This document shows, one piece after another, positions 45,095 through 54,831 of a stretch of 64,000 bases of DNA (positions within the stretch are counted from its first letter, which is position 1; the number at the start of each line of letters is the position of its first letter). Made by a program: the position numbers and the translations under genes. The DNA lies in the NCBI GenBank assembly GCA_963707985.1, contig CAVPRW010000005.1, positions 1 to 64,000 of the forward strand. Reading direction: 5' to 3'. Source of the stretch: an uncultured Nitrospinota bacterium (GTDB lineage Bacteria; Tectomicrobia; Entotheonellia; J063; CAVPRW01). Under the pieces are notes generated by a model. It was not told the DNA's origin. It worked only from the letters and a program-made list of their open reading frames with translations, and did no database searches.

Positions 45095-45457
45095 CCCTGC
45101 AAGTCGACCGCGAAGCGCTGGAGGTAGGTCAGTCGTTTACGTTTGAGGGAGATCAGTACGTCATTCTCTCGGTGTTCGAGGCCGATGATGACTACCGTGC
45201 CAACGTCGGCCCTGAACATCTGCAGCGTTTCCGTACGGTTGCTCGCCTGAAGGCTCCTGCCCCCAACACCCTGGTAGCCGCGCCCAAGGATGCCACACCA
45301 TCCAGGAAGCCCGGGCAGGAGACCGTCTTGCAGGCGCGCCTGAAGGCTACCGAAGCTGAGGCTCGAGGATGTACTCCGCGAGCGCGATGAAGCGCTCAAG
45401 CTGCTTGACCACGCCATTCAGCAACTTGATCGCCTGCAACAGATGGCGGAGCATTAA
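45043..45457 (+). CDS. Hypothetical protein with coiled-coil tail (frameshift ~45350)
   Basis: GAGG RBS; shifted frame gives LEDVLRERDEALKLL...MAEH*. Confidence 0.55.
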
Positions 45458-45632
45458 GTAGCAGGGTGTTGGCCGTTCACCTCCATTCGTCCACTTCCTG
45501 GGGGGGTGGGCAGGGAGCGGACGCGTAAGCAGCATCATACGGCATAATGATGGCGCGTAGTACCTGGATCGTGTTAGACCCGTGAGTCGCGGGATCGCCA
45601 ATGGCAACCCTGGGCGGAGGGGCCACGCACCC

Positions 45633-46122
45633 ATGTTTCCAGAGAAGTTTCACGAGCTTGAAGAGAAGATTCGGCAGACAGCAGAGTTGATGGCGCAGCT
45701 TCGACAAGAGAAAATGCAACTGGAGCAGAAAAATCAAGAGGCGGAGAAGCGCATTGCCGAACTCGAGGGTGACATCAAACGTTTACGCGCTGAGCGCCAG
45801 CCAACCAGCCCCCCGACTGGACACGCTGATTCAGCATCTGAATACGCGGCCGGCGGATGCACAAGAGCAGGCACTGCATCGCCTGACAGAAACGCTTGTC
45901 AAAGAGCCCAACAACGTCACGGCGCTTTTCGAGTTAGGCAATGCATACGAACGTCAGGGGATGTACGAGCAGGCGATTCAGGAATATCGCCAGGCACTCA
46001 AGCTCGATGCGGATTTCGTGGATGCGATTGAACACCTGGCGTTCTTGCTCGAAAAGCTGAACCGTGACCATGAGGCATCGCCACTCTGGGAACGCATTCT
46101 GTCACTGAAAAAACACGCCTAG
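45633..46122 (+). CDS. ZapB-like coiled-coil + TPR protein (frameshift ~45810)
   Basis: FHELEEKIRQTAELMAQLRQE heptads, then ALFELGNAYERQG TPR in a second frame. Confidence 0.65.
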
Positions 46123-46331
46123 CCCTGCCCTGCTGCTGATCGGCGCTGTGCATGTATGCACTGACCCACGTCAACCCCCGTTGACCCTCTGCCGCAGGTG
46201 GTGTATAAGGTGGGCGCTGATACGTGGACGAATAGGAGCCTTGCATCTACAACAGAGGATGGCATTATCCCGGCGCGCTTTTCAACGGTGCGCCTTCTCA
46301 TGATCAAGCTCATATACAGTAAGGAGCAGCA

Positions 46332-47537
46332 ATGGCCTACGAGACCCAGATCGAATCCGCGAAAACCCACTTCGGTAAGATCATTGAGGAGCAACTGGCC
46401 CGCGTCGAACGCCTCAAACAACAACCCGATTGGTTGGACTTCAATCAGGTTAAACCCATCAAAATCGGCATGATCGGTGGCGATGGGATTGGCCCGACGA
46501 TCGCCATCGAGTCGCAAAGGGTGCTAGAATATCTACTCCGCGACCAGGTGAGCAGCGGCAAGGTGGAATTCCGAACGATCGAAGGCTTGACTATCGAAAA
46601 CCGCGCCAAACATCTCAAGTCCATTCCCGACGATGTGCTGGCTGAGATCAAGGCATGCCATGTCACGCTGAAAGGCCCGACGCATACGCCGGAAAAAGGC
46701 GATGGCTGGCCCAATCTGGAAAGCGCCAACGTTGGCATGCGTAAAGAGTTGGACCTGTTTGCCAACGTGCGCCCGGTCCGTGTCCCCTCGCAAGGGATCG
46801 ACTGGACCTTCTTTCGCGAGAACACCGAGGATATGTATGCCGTGGGCAGCCAAGGGATTAACGTTACTGAAGACCTGGCCATGGACTTCCGGGTGATTAC
46901 CTCCCAGGGCTCGGAGCGTATTATCGATGCGGCCTTCGCGCACGCCAAGCGGACTGGCAAGAATTCGGTGACCATCGTCACCAAGGCGAACATCATCAAG
47001 ACCACCGATGGGAAATTCCTGGACATCGCCCGCCTTGTGTCCGAGCGCTATCCGGGCATCACGTGGGAAGGCTGGTACATCGACATCATGACCGCGGCCC
47101 TGATCAATCCAGCCCGCCAGAAGCAATTTCAGGTGCTGGCGCTGCCCAATCTCTACGGCGATATTCTCACCGACGAGGCGGCCCAGATTCAGGGCGGCGT
47201 GGGCACGGCCGGCAGTGCCAACATCGGGAAGGTGTACTCGATGTTCGAGGCGATCCACGGCAGTGCCCCCCGGATGGTCACTGAAGGCCGCGCCCAATAT
47301 GCCGACCCCAGTTCGATGATTCGTGCGGGAGCCATGCTGATGGAACACATTGGCTTCGCCGAGCAGGGGGCTAAACTCCACAAGGCCCTGGATGTGTGTG
47401 GCCAGTATGAAAAGAAAATGGTGATGACCGGCCGTAGTACCGGTGCGACCAGCGCTCAGTTTGGCGAGTATCTGATGCAGACGGTAGAGGACCCGAACCT
47501 CGACGCCAAATGGGAAGGCTATGTGAAGGCTGGATAA
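46332..47537 (+). CDS. Isocitrate/isopropylmalate dehydrogenase family protein
   Basis: GDGIGP, RENTE, NLYGDILTD, EAIHGSAP. Confidence 0.9.
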   Translation: MAYETQIESAKTHFGKIIEEQLARVERLKQQPDWLDFNQVKPIKIGMIGGDGIGPTIAIESQRVLEYLLRDQVSSGKVEFRTIEGLTIENRAKHLKSIPDDVLAEIKACHVTLKGPTHTPEKGDGWPNLESANVGMRKELDLFANVRPVRVPSQGIDWTFFRENTEDMYAVGSQGINVTEDLAMDFRVITSQGSERIIDAAFAHAKRTGKNSVTIVTKANIIKTTDGKFLDIARLVSERYPGITWEGWYIDIMTAALINPARQKQFQVLALPNLYGDILTDEAAQIQGGVGTAGSANIGKVYSMFEAIHGSAPRMVTEGRAQYADPSSMIRAGAMLMEHIGFAEQGAKLHKALDVCGQYEKKMVMTGRSTGATSAQFGEYLMQTVEDPNLDAKWEGYVKAG

Positions 47538-47614
47538 ACCGGCACCGCAGCCGTCGTCCCCCGCTCCAGTATGAAAGGCGAGCGGGGCATTGAAAAGCTG
47601 GATAGGCTCGCACC

Positions 47615-48469
47615 ATGGCTGCACTACTCCTGGGGAAACCGGTTTCCGATCGGATCCGCACCGAGGTGGGCAACGAGATCACGCGCCTAGCGCCGCATGC
47701 TCCCTATCCACCGGGTCTGGCCGTCATTCTGGTTGGCAACGACCCGGCTTCGGCAGTCTACGTGCGCAACAAGCAGCGTGCCTGTGAGAAGGTGGGCATC
47801 CGTTCGGTGTCCCGCCTTCTTCCCTGCAACACTGGTGAGCGCACCTTATTGTCGTGTATCCAGGAGTTCAACGACGATCCCCACATTCATGGCATTCTGG
47901 TTCAACTTCCACTTCCCTCGCCCGAGCATGAAGCGACGGCAATCGAAAGCATTGCCCCACTGAAAGATGTCGACGGCTTTCACCCGCTGAACGTTGCCAA
48001 GCTCTTCGAAGGTCAGCCGTATCTGGTGCCCAGTACACCAGCCGGCATCCTGGAACTGCTCGCGTTGCATCAGGTACCGATTGCCGATAGCCGGGTAGTC
48101 ATTATCGGCGCCAGCAACATCGTGGGTAAACCCATGGCCCTGTGCATGCTGCACCACCATGCCGTCGTCACCATCTGCCACAAATATACACGTGACCTGG
48201 CGGCAATCAGCCGTGAAGCCGACATTTTGATCACGGCCGTCGGCAAGCAAAAATTGGTGACAGCAGACATGGTCAAACTGGGGGCGGTCGTCATCGATGT
48301 AGGGATCACGCTGGTGGAAGGGCGTGCGGTAGGGGATGTCGACTTTGAACCGGTGGCGGAGAAAGCCAGCTTGCTCACCCCCGTGCCGGGTGGTGTCGGC
48401 CCGCTTACCATCGCGCTGCTCCTGGCCAACACCCTGAAAGCCTATAAAACGATCCTCGGATTCTCCTAG
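47615..48469 (+). CDS. folD: Methylene-THF dehydrogenase/cyclohydrolase
   Basis: YVRNK, KDVDGFHP, PVPGGVGP. Confidence 0.95.
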   Translation: MAALLLGKPVSDRIRTEVGNEITRLAPHAPYPPGLAVILVGNDPASAVYVRNKQRACEKVGIRSVSRLLPCNTGERTLLSCIQEFNDDPHIHGILVQLPLPSPEHEATAIESIAPLKDVDGFHPLNVAKLFEGQPYLVPSTPAGILELLALHQVPIADSRVVIIGASNIVGKPMALCMLHHHAVVTICHKYTRDLAAISREADILITAVGKQKLVTADMVKLGAVVIDVGITLVEGRAVGDVDFEPVAEKASLLTPVPGGVGPLTIALLLANTLKAYKTILGFS

Positions 48470-48583
48470 CCGTTGGTATTCGTGATGCCGAGGCGAGTGG
48501 CGAGGCAAGGGAGCCAGCGGGCCGACCTCTATCCGACCCCCTCATCCTCCTCGAGAGCCTAGAAAGCGCCTAAAGGGCTATCT

Positions 48584-51292
48584 TCAGTTTTTCCCTGCTT
48601 CGCGTTGGCGATACCGCCACTCTGGCACGAGGAGTTTAATTTCGCGCTCGAGGACAACACGCTCCAACACCACCTGTTCGAGGTCCTCTGAGGCATGGGT
48701 GTCGCGATCCTGCCGCATCTCAGCGACCATGATGCCAAGCGCGGTCAGGTGTTTATCCAACACGGCGGCTAGTGCGCTGTTATCAGACAGACCCTTGACT
48801 TCCCTCATCTTCTTCTCCAACGTCTCTTCGATCTCATCTCGGAAGCTGGAAGTCGGATCATGGTAGCGGTGCTCGAAGGTGAGGTAAGCCTGGCGGCGTC
48901 CACGTCCGAGCGGTTCAGGCTCTTCGTGCAGGTAAAAGTCGTGCAGGTCCTGGTAAATCAGGCCCAGGCAAGCCCCTAACGCAAAGGCACGCATGCTAGG
49001 GCTCTTTTCCTCACCACGTGGCACGATGAGGGGGATCTGTAGCGTACGATTGATGTGAAGACGGGCGCGTTCTTCTAGCCTTTCTGCCAGGTAAAGCTCT
49101 TGGTAATCCTTGAGACGCTGGAGGCCCCGCAATGACACACCGTGGGCAGTGCGAAAGACAATCAATTGATCGGCATCATACGTATTTGACGGTTCAACAT
49201 CGGTTAGCCCGAGATGGGTCAGTAGCTGTCCCGTGCGCGAATTGCTGTACTGTCCAAAGGCCGAGGCTTCGATGATATTGTTCCGCATCGGGTAGGCTGG
49301 ATCGATTTTCCAATTCGGTGCAGCCCGGTTGATTTGCGCCTCCAGGGTTTCCTCGACATTGCCGACGCGAAACAGAAGATCCTCATAATCGAGCATATGG
49401 GCCATCTGTCGGTAGCCGTCCATCGCTAACTGCGCCACGCGCTCAGCCAGTGCCCGCGGCCCCTGAGACTCTTCCCCGGCGAGGACTTCGAGATGGGCGC
49501 GTTTGGTCTCGCGTAGGAACAGGGTGACCACTTCCTCCACTTTCGGTCGGATCAGGCTTTGCAGATCTTCAAAGCGGCACACCGGAAACCGTGCATTGAC
49601 GCGGTAGCGGCTATCTCGCGACAGGTCTTGGTCCTCCGACAGGCGAGCGATCTCGCGCTGCAGGGTGTCGAGATTCGTCATCAAGGTCTTGACGAACTCC
49701 ATCGCCTCGAAGGCAAACTTGCGTAGTGAGCGATAGAAGTGGAGCTGCTTCTCCAGCCGCTGTGAAGTCTGCAAACGTTCGGCGAACGAGGTCAGTTGGC
49801 CGTTGATCACGGCATTTTCCAGCGTTTCGCTGCGGAATTCTTCCCCCGCCAAACGCGCCGATTTGGCCAGCCGCTCGATCTGCTCCAGACAGTGTTTTTC
49901 GATTGACTCCACCGGGGTGCACAGCGCTTTCAGGAACTCCAGCGCCGCCGGATAACGCCGCCCCGGACGTTCGATGAGCTCCCACAGTCGCTCCTTCAAG
50001 GCGGCGCGAAACGTCGTATCCAGAGCCTCCAAGCGTTCGCGCGCCTTGGCCAAAGCCTCCTCATAAGCGTCGAGATAGTTAGTGACCTGGCGCTCGAACA
50101 AGCGGATATAGGGATTCATGTCTCCAGCTTTGCGTGGCAGCTCACGTCCCCATTCGATGGGACGAGTGTGGGGCTCCATCGACTCCAGCAAATCGAGCCG
50201 AATCTCATGGCCGCGCACGAAGTGTTCCGTTTCCTCATGCACCGCCTCCGAGGACACCGGTACGGTGCTGAGGCAATCGATGATAGCACTACGCAGCAGC
50301 GTGGCATCGAAGGGTACCTCACCGACCGAGATACCATAAGTGCTGTAAGCACAGATCATTCCACGATCATCGAGAGCTTGCAACTCGGCAGGCAGACAGT
50401 TGGCGGCGCGTTCTTCGATTTGTTTACCAACCGGCGAGTAGATGAACGTCAGGATTGCCTCACCCACAGCCCCAGCCAGGCTTTCGATGTCGATCGTTCC
50501 CTCTTCGGTCTGACCATCGAGGAGATAGCTGTAGCGGAATGGTGCCTGATTGGTATGCTCGATGGCTTCATCGCCATAATCCGCCCGCCACTCACCGGTG
50601 CGCGTATGGTAATCGAGCTCGGCAAGCGTGGCATAGCCGTTCTTCCGCAACTTATCCTTGGAGCCGATGACGTTGAACGCCTCAGGCAGCACCAGGTGTC
50701 CATCCACCCGCACGCCATCGGTCAGTCGTCCCGCCCACCAATGCAGGTTGTACACCAAGTCGAGGACCATACCCGAACCCGTCCCCCCGCACACCGACGA
50801 AATCACGTGAATGTCGAGCCCGTCTCCAGTGATATATCGCAACCCTAGCTCGGCGGCACGACGGGGCAAGCTCTCGTCCAGCAGCGCGCGCATCTTACCG
50901 ACGAGAATCTCTTCGATGCGGCGCCGTCGCAGGAAAAAACACAGCCGCCCGACTGGACGAATGCCCTCGGCCCCTGAGCTGATCTGGCCGGGGCGCAGGG
51001 TTGGAGGAAACCATGGCCGGATGTGCTCATAGGTGTGCTCGCGGTGCATGGCGTCGATGATGCGATTGGCGTTATAGCCCCCACAGGAAAAGTATTCCGA
51101 CGGCGGCAGCTTGCGAACCTTCTGGCTTGGTGTGTCGATGACTTGAAAGCGCACGAGCCCCTCTTCTACCAGTTCAGGGAGCATCTGCAACATCTTTTCC
51201 TTGACCGAGGTCACCCCTAAGTAGCCGGTGCCACCGATGCCGATGACCAAGGTGGGTCGAAGCTCCGCAATCGAACCGGCAGATCTCTTCAT
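48584..51292 (-). CDS. Tubulin/FtsZ-like GTPase (Tubulin_2 / FtsZl1 type), ~900 aa with long helical C-terminus
   Basis: VIGIGGTG and SVCGGTGSG signature; NGYATLAEL; GGGAG RBS. Confidence 0.85.
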   Translation of the reverse strand: MKRSAGSIAELRPTLVIGIGGTGYLGVTSVKEKMLQMLPELVEEGLVRFQVIDTPSQKVRKLPPSEYFSCGGYNANRIIDAMHREHTYEHIRPWFPPTLRPGQISSGAEGIRPVGRLCFFLRRRRIEEILVGKMRALLDESLPRRAAELGLRYITGDGLDIHVISSVCGGTGSGMVLDLVYNLHWWAGRLTDGVRVDGHLVLPEAFNVIGSKDKLRKNGYATLAELDYHTRTGEWRADYGDEAIEHTNQAPFRYSYLLDGQTEEGTIDIESLAGAVGEAILTFIYSPVGKQIEERAANCLPAELQALDDRGMICAYSTYGISVGEVPFDATLLRSAIIDCLSTVPVSSEAVHEETEHFVRGHEIRLDLLESMEPHTRPIEWGRELPRKAGDMNPYIRLFERQVTNYLDAYEEALAKARERLEALDTTFRAALKERLWELIERPGRRYPAALEFLKALCTPVESIEKHCLEQIERLAKSARLAGEEFRSETLENAVINGQLTSFAERLQTSQRLEKQLHFYRSLRKFAFEAMEFVKTLMTNLDTLQREIARLSEDQDLSRDSRYRVNARFPVCRFEDLQSLIRPKVEEVVTLFLRETKRAHLEVLAGEESQGPRALAERVAQLAMDGYRQMAHMLDYEDLLFRVGNVEETLEAQINRAAPNWKIDPAYPMRNNIIEASAFGQYSNSRTGQLLTHLGLTDVEPSNTYDADQLIVFRTAHGVSLRGLQRLKDYQELYLAERLEERARLHINRTLQIPLIVPRGEEKSPSMRAFALGACLGLIYQDLHDFYLHEEPEPLGRGRRQAYLTFEHRYHDPTSSFRDEIEETLEKKMREVKGLSDNSALAAVLDKHLTALGIMVAEMRQDRDTHASEDLEQVVLERVVLEREIKLLVPEWRYRQREAGKN

Positions 51293-51374
51293 CGTCTCCC
51301 CCTTTGTAAAAACGGTGCTGAGGACGGAGTATCGAGGGTCTTGGGTCTTGGGCCTCGCGACTCGATCCCGTCTT

Positions 51375-53636
51375 TTACGCATCAAAGCTCATCTCATAGT
51401 TGCCGAACCGCACGTGGACGGGTTTTTCCAGGGTTTCCCCATCCGTCAACATGACCCCTCGCTTGTCTGCTACCTCAACCCCGTTCACCGACACATGGCT
51501 GGGAGTTCGGAAGCTCCGCAAATATAGTGCCCCCGATCGTTCCCACCACGGTCCCGCGTAGATCGCGACATCGATCTCATCGCTTGTCTCGCGCCGATCT
51601 AACAGGTAATCGCAGTGTGGCTCGGTCCCAATGGTTGCCCCCTTTCTTGGAAAGACTCGTCGCCAGGTTTCCTCCTTGGGATTACTATTCAACACGAACA
51701 GCTGTGGAGTCCCTGATCCAGTCGACAACAACCAACCGCGGAGAGGGGTTCGGATATAGTGGCCGATGAATGCCATCCCGGCCGCGCAGACCATTCCCAA
51801 CGCCATTCCTCCCAACGAGACGTATTTGATGATGCGACCTGTGGTCCAGGGCATTGACGCAACTGTCAATGTTGTTGGGTAAATGATTTGTACCGGATGC
51901 ACGCGCAAGCTTTTGGTGCTGATGAGTCGGTCGTCCCACACTTCCGCCCTGGCGTTCCCTTCCGCCCGGAACGTCACGCTATAAGCTCCAGCAAAGGGTA
52001 GAGTGAAGAGTTGACTGCGATAGAGCACGGTCTCTCCCTGACTGACTCGATCGAGCGGGAACACGTGCCATGATTGACCATCGCGCCCCACTTCGGCTTG
52101 CACGAGCGGCTCACGGCGAAAGTCGACCACAGTGCCGCCGACCAGCTCGGCCAACAACTCGATGCGGTCCCCAGCAAAGACCGGCGCTTGGGCACGGCCA
52201 TTGTCGGACGCGAGGATCGGTGAGACAGTGGAGAGTTCATGGCGCATCACCGTGAAGTGAAAATAGGGCGCACCAACCTTGAAGGAGGTGCTAAGCTTGC
52301 GGTTGAGACTCGGATATTGTTCGCTCAAGAGTTCCACTTCGAGGCGATAATCACCTTCTGTGACGGTCTCCTCGAACATGCCTGAAAACACGAAATGACC
52401 GTCTTCCCCACGCGGGGTAAGCCGCCTGGACACCGGTAGCGACGCATGTGGATGCCAGATGCTGGCCACGATTTCCGTCTGCTTTAAGAACTCCGCCAGT
52501 TGTGTATCTTCCTGCAAGTTCCGCAAGCCCAATGAGTGGACCTTGACCCCCAGCTGCACAACCTCATGGAGCGCATACTCCTGCTTGGGGGGGTATTCCC
52601 AGGCGAAGGTGATCGCCGAGTGCACCAAGGCCTTGGTATCCTGGACCGGATTGCCGCTTTGATCAACCACCTGATAGATGCCCTCGTATCCATCGAGGGC
52701 ATCTATCGGCCGGGAGAAAATCGCCAGAGACCAGTGTTGGTAGGGATAGACACGCATCCATGGGCTTTCTGTAGGTGCGGCCAGCCCCAAACCGACGCGT
52801 TGTCCCCGTGGAGTCACCAATACCATGTCGCGTGGGCCGATGACAATGGCTTCCGCATCGAACCGATTCAGGTAAAATCTGCCGTCCGCCTGCCGCGGCA
52901 AGGTGTACAGGGTTGGGGGCCGCACCTGCAGGAAGATGTCGAGAAAGGCATCAAGGTAGTCCCGTTGACGGAGAATACGGTAGAATTTGCCGTTCGTGCT
53001 TTCGGCGATTTCTTTCAACAAAAGCTCGCCAGCAGTCATCTGGATGGGTGCGTTGGGTTGCGGCTCAGTACCACCAGCCAAGGCTTTTCGGGAGTACTCG
53101 GTAAGAGCTATCGTGAAGACGAGAATATTCTCTTGACGCAACTTGGGATAGAGCGCCCGTAACTCGCGCAACGCCAGGTCGTCGTCTCGGGTCCAACGTT
53201 GGGCGGCGCGCCCGGAACGGTCCAGCTCGCCATCGCTCATGACGACGAGATACCGCGTCCCACCACGCCCCTCTAGCATTTCGACTCCCTTGGCCATCCC
53301 AAGTCCAATCTCCGTGCGCTGGGCCCGACTATCGATTGGTGGGAGACTGTCCTTAAGACTTTTCACGCTTTCGCGTCGGATGGCCGTCACAGGTTGCATG
53401 ACGCGGGCTTTAGCCCCGAAAAACATGACACCCAGATGATTGCCTTCCACGCTGTTGAGGAGATCGATGAATGTTTGCTCACCATCGCTCCGGAGGTTGT
53501 GGGGGTCATTATCTTGCATCGAGCGCGAGATATCGAGCACAAGGGCACCAGTTGACTCCCACGCACTCTCGGCAACGCACCACAGGCTTAAGAGCGCAAC
53601 GAGGCATCCCCAGGTCCCAATGACCTTTCGTCTCAT
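51375..53636 (-). CDS. Exported vWA-domain membrane protein with C-terminal FHA-like domain
   Basis: Signal peptide; MIDAS DISRS...T...SDG; beta-rich stalk; one TM helix; TIG...VSVNG...VRFGNY. Confidence 0.8.
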   Translation of the reverse strand: MRRKVIGTWGCLVALLSLWCVAESAWESTGALVLDISRSMQDNDPHNLRSDGEQTFIDLLNSVEGNHLGVMFFGAKARVMQPVTAIRRESVKSLKDSLPPIDSRAQRTEIGLGMAKGVEMLEGRGGTRYLVVMSDGELDRSGRAAQRWTRDDDLALRELRALYPKLRQENILVFTIALTEYSRKALAGGTEPQPNAPIQMTAGELLLKEIAESTNGKFYRILRQRDYLDAFLDIFLQVRPPTLYTLPRQADGRFYLNRFDAEAIVIGPRDMVLVTPRGQRVGLGLAAPTESPWMRVYPYQHWSLAIFSRPIDALDGYEGIYQVVDQSGNPVQDTKALVHSAITFAWEYPPKQEYALHEVVQLGVKVHSLGLRNLQEDTQLAEFLKQTEIVASIWHPHASLPVSRRLTPRGEDGHFVFSGMFEETVTEGDYRLEVELLSEQYPSLNRKLSTSFKVGAPYFHFTVMRHELSTVSPILASDNGRAQAPVFAGDRIELLAELVGGTVVDFRREPLVQAEVGRDGQSWHVFPLDRVSQGETVLYRSQLFTLPFAGAYSVTFRAEGNARAEVWDDRLISTKSLRVHPVQIIYPTTLTVASMPWTTGRIIKYVSLGGMALGMVCAAGMAFIGHYIRTPLRGWLLSTGSGTPQLFVLNSNPKEETWRRVFPRKGATIGTEPHCDYLLDRRETSDEIDVAIYAGPWWERSGALYLRSFRTPSHVSVNGVEVADKRGVMLTDGETLEKPVHVRFGNYEMSFDA

Positions 53637-54273
53637 ACCAGCCCTCCCTCGTGTATGCACTCGATGGACTTGGGTGTTGCGCTGAAACCTTTCACAAGCC
53701 CATTTTATTCGGTGTCCTCTACCTGCTATCCTAACGACGACAATTCTCCTTTGCAACACTTTGCACCGTATCAGTCTGAATTTTCTGACGAGTCGAATAG
53801 TCGTCAATCAACCCGCGATCTGCCGCGGAGCGGGTAGACCACGTCACCTGTTGCAGATGAAGGGCTGCCTCACACCGGCATCGCCATAGACGATCGTTTG
53901 GACCTCCAAGGTCATGAGCGAGACGATCATGGCCCCTCTGGCGCCGATGGGGGAGCGCATGGTATGTCTTGGCCGCCAGTGGCGAGTCGGGGCAGTGGCA
54001 CGTACATCTGATGGGGGATGGAGGAAGAAGAGACGGGCTATGCAGGTGATTGGGGCCGATGGACCGGTACCCACCTCGGCCATATTGCGATGCTGCAATC
54101 ATCAACGCGTTAACGTCCTGAGTGTGCTCGCACGGACCTGCGCATCCGGAACAGAATTGTGGCCAGAGACGGAGGCTGCCAAGGGTAGAACGGTATGGCA
54201 CTGGCGAGACCCTCTGGCACGCAGGGTCCCATCAGACCTGACCCTATGGGAACACCTGCGCCCCAGTGATAGA

Positions 54274-54549
54274 TCACAGCTTGTCGGGATATATCCGCGG
54301 CGGCGGACGATCAGTCACGCGTCGCAAGACATCTCGCGAAAATAATGCCAGTGGCAGGATCTGGCGCTGTTTGGCCAGAACCTCTTCAATCGTATTACCA
54401 TCACTGACAATGTTGTCGCCCGAAGCGAGAACAGTTTCAGCGGTATGGATAAAGCCGCCATTTTTCTTAGGATACCGATAGACACGTGTCATATAGGTCT
54501 TCTCGGCGCATTGCAGCATACGGCTACCCACTAAATGCATACTGGACAT
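54274..54549 (-). CDS. Hypothetical 91-aa protein under a sigma54 promoter
   Basis: AGGAGG RBS before ATG 54549; promoter ~70 bp upstream. Confidence 0.65.
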   Translation of the reverse strand: MSSMHLVGSRMLQCAEKTYMTRVYRYPKKNGGFIHTAETVLASGDNIVSDGNTIEEVLAKQRQILPLALFSRDVLRRVTDRPPPRIYPDKL

Positions 54550-54619
54550 ATCCGAGCACCTCCTGTCCATGCTGCTTTACATCTGTGACACGATGAGCAT
54601 CTACATATCTTATCTCCAA

Positions 54620-54634
54620 GCAAAAATAGTGCCG
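54620..54634 (-). promoter_or_regulatory. sigma54 -24/-12 promoter
   Basis: Minus strand CGGCAC-TATTT-TTGC (GG-N10-GC), with an AT-rich tract upstream. Confidence 0.7.
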
Positions 54635-54783
54635 TAGAATGCCAAAAAATCATCATTGATATAATAAATTAACTATGATTATTTTTGATCTTCTATGACA
54701 ATTATGGTAATTTTGTGCCATGTCTGTGTGAGTGAGCCGCATCAACATAGCGCCGTACTAGGCGAACTGTCTAGCGGGCGAAG

Positions 54784-54801
54784 TGCACAATGTTTTGGGC
54801 A
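54784..54801. promoter_or_regulatory. Putative enhancer (UAS) of the NtrC-like regulator
   Basis: TGCACAATGTTTTGGGCA, 14/18 identical to 59306-59323; ~150 bp upstream of the sigma54 site. Confidence 0.5.
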
Positions 54802-54831
54802 TTGCTAGCCATGACGTTTGGGAGCGGTTTT

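Noticed and set aside
48584..51292. Canonical ftsZ
   Set aside because: Far too long, no dcw context, and paired with a vWA gene.
53752..53768. TGCAACACTTTGCA as a sigma54 promoter or third enhancer for the vWA gene
   Set aside because: Does not fit GG-N10-GC and is 4 bp shorter than the shared 18-bp motif, so direct co-regulation of the vWA-tubulin pair is unproven.
53731..54345. Overlapping ORFs between the vWA gene and the 91-aa gene
   Set aside because: No RBS, motif or protein-like composition favours any frame; left unannotated.
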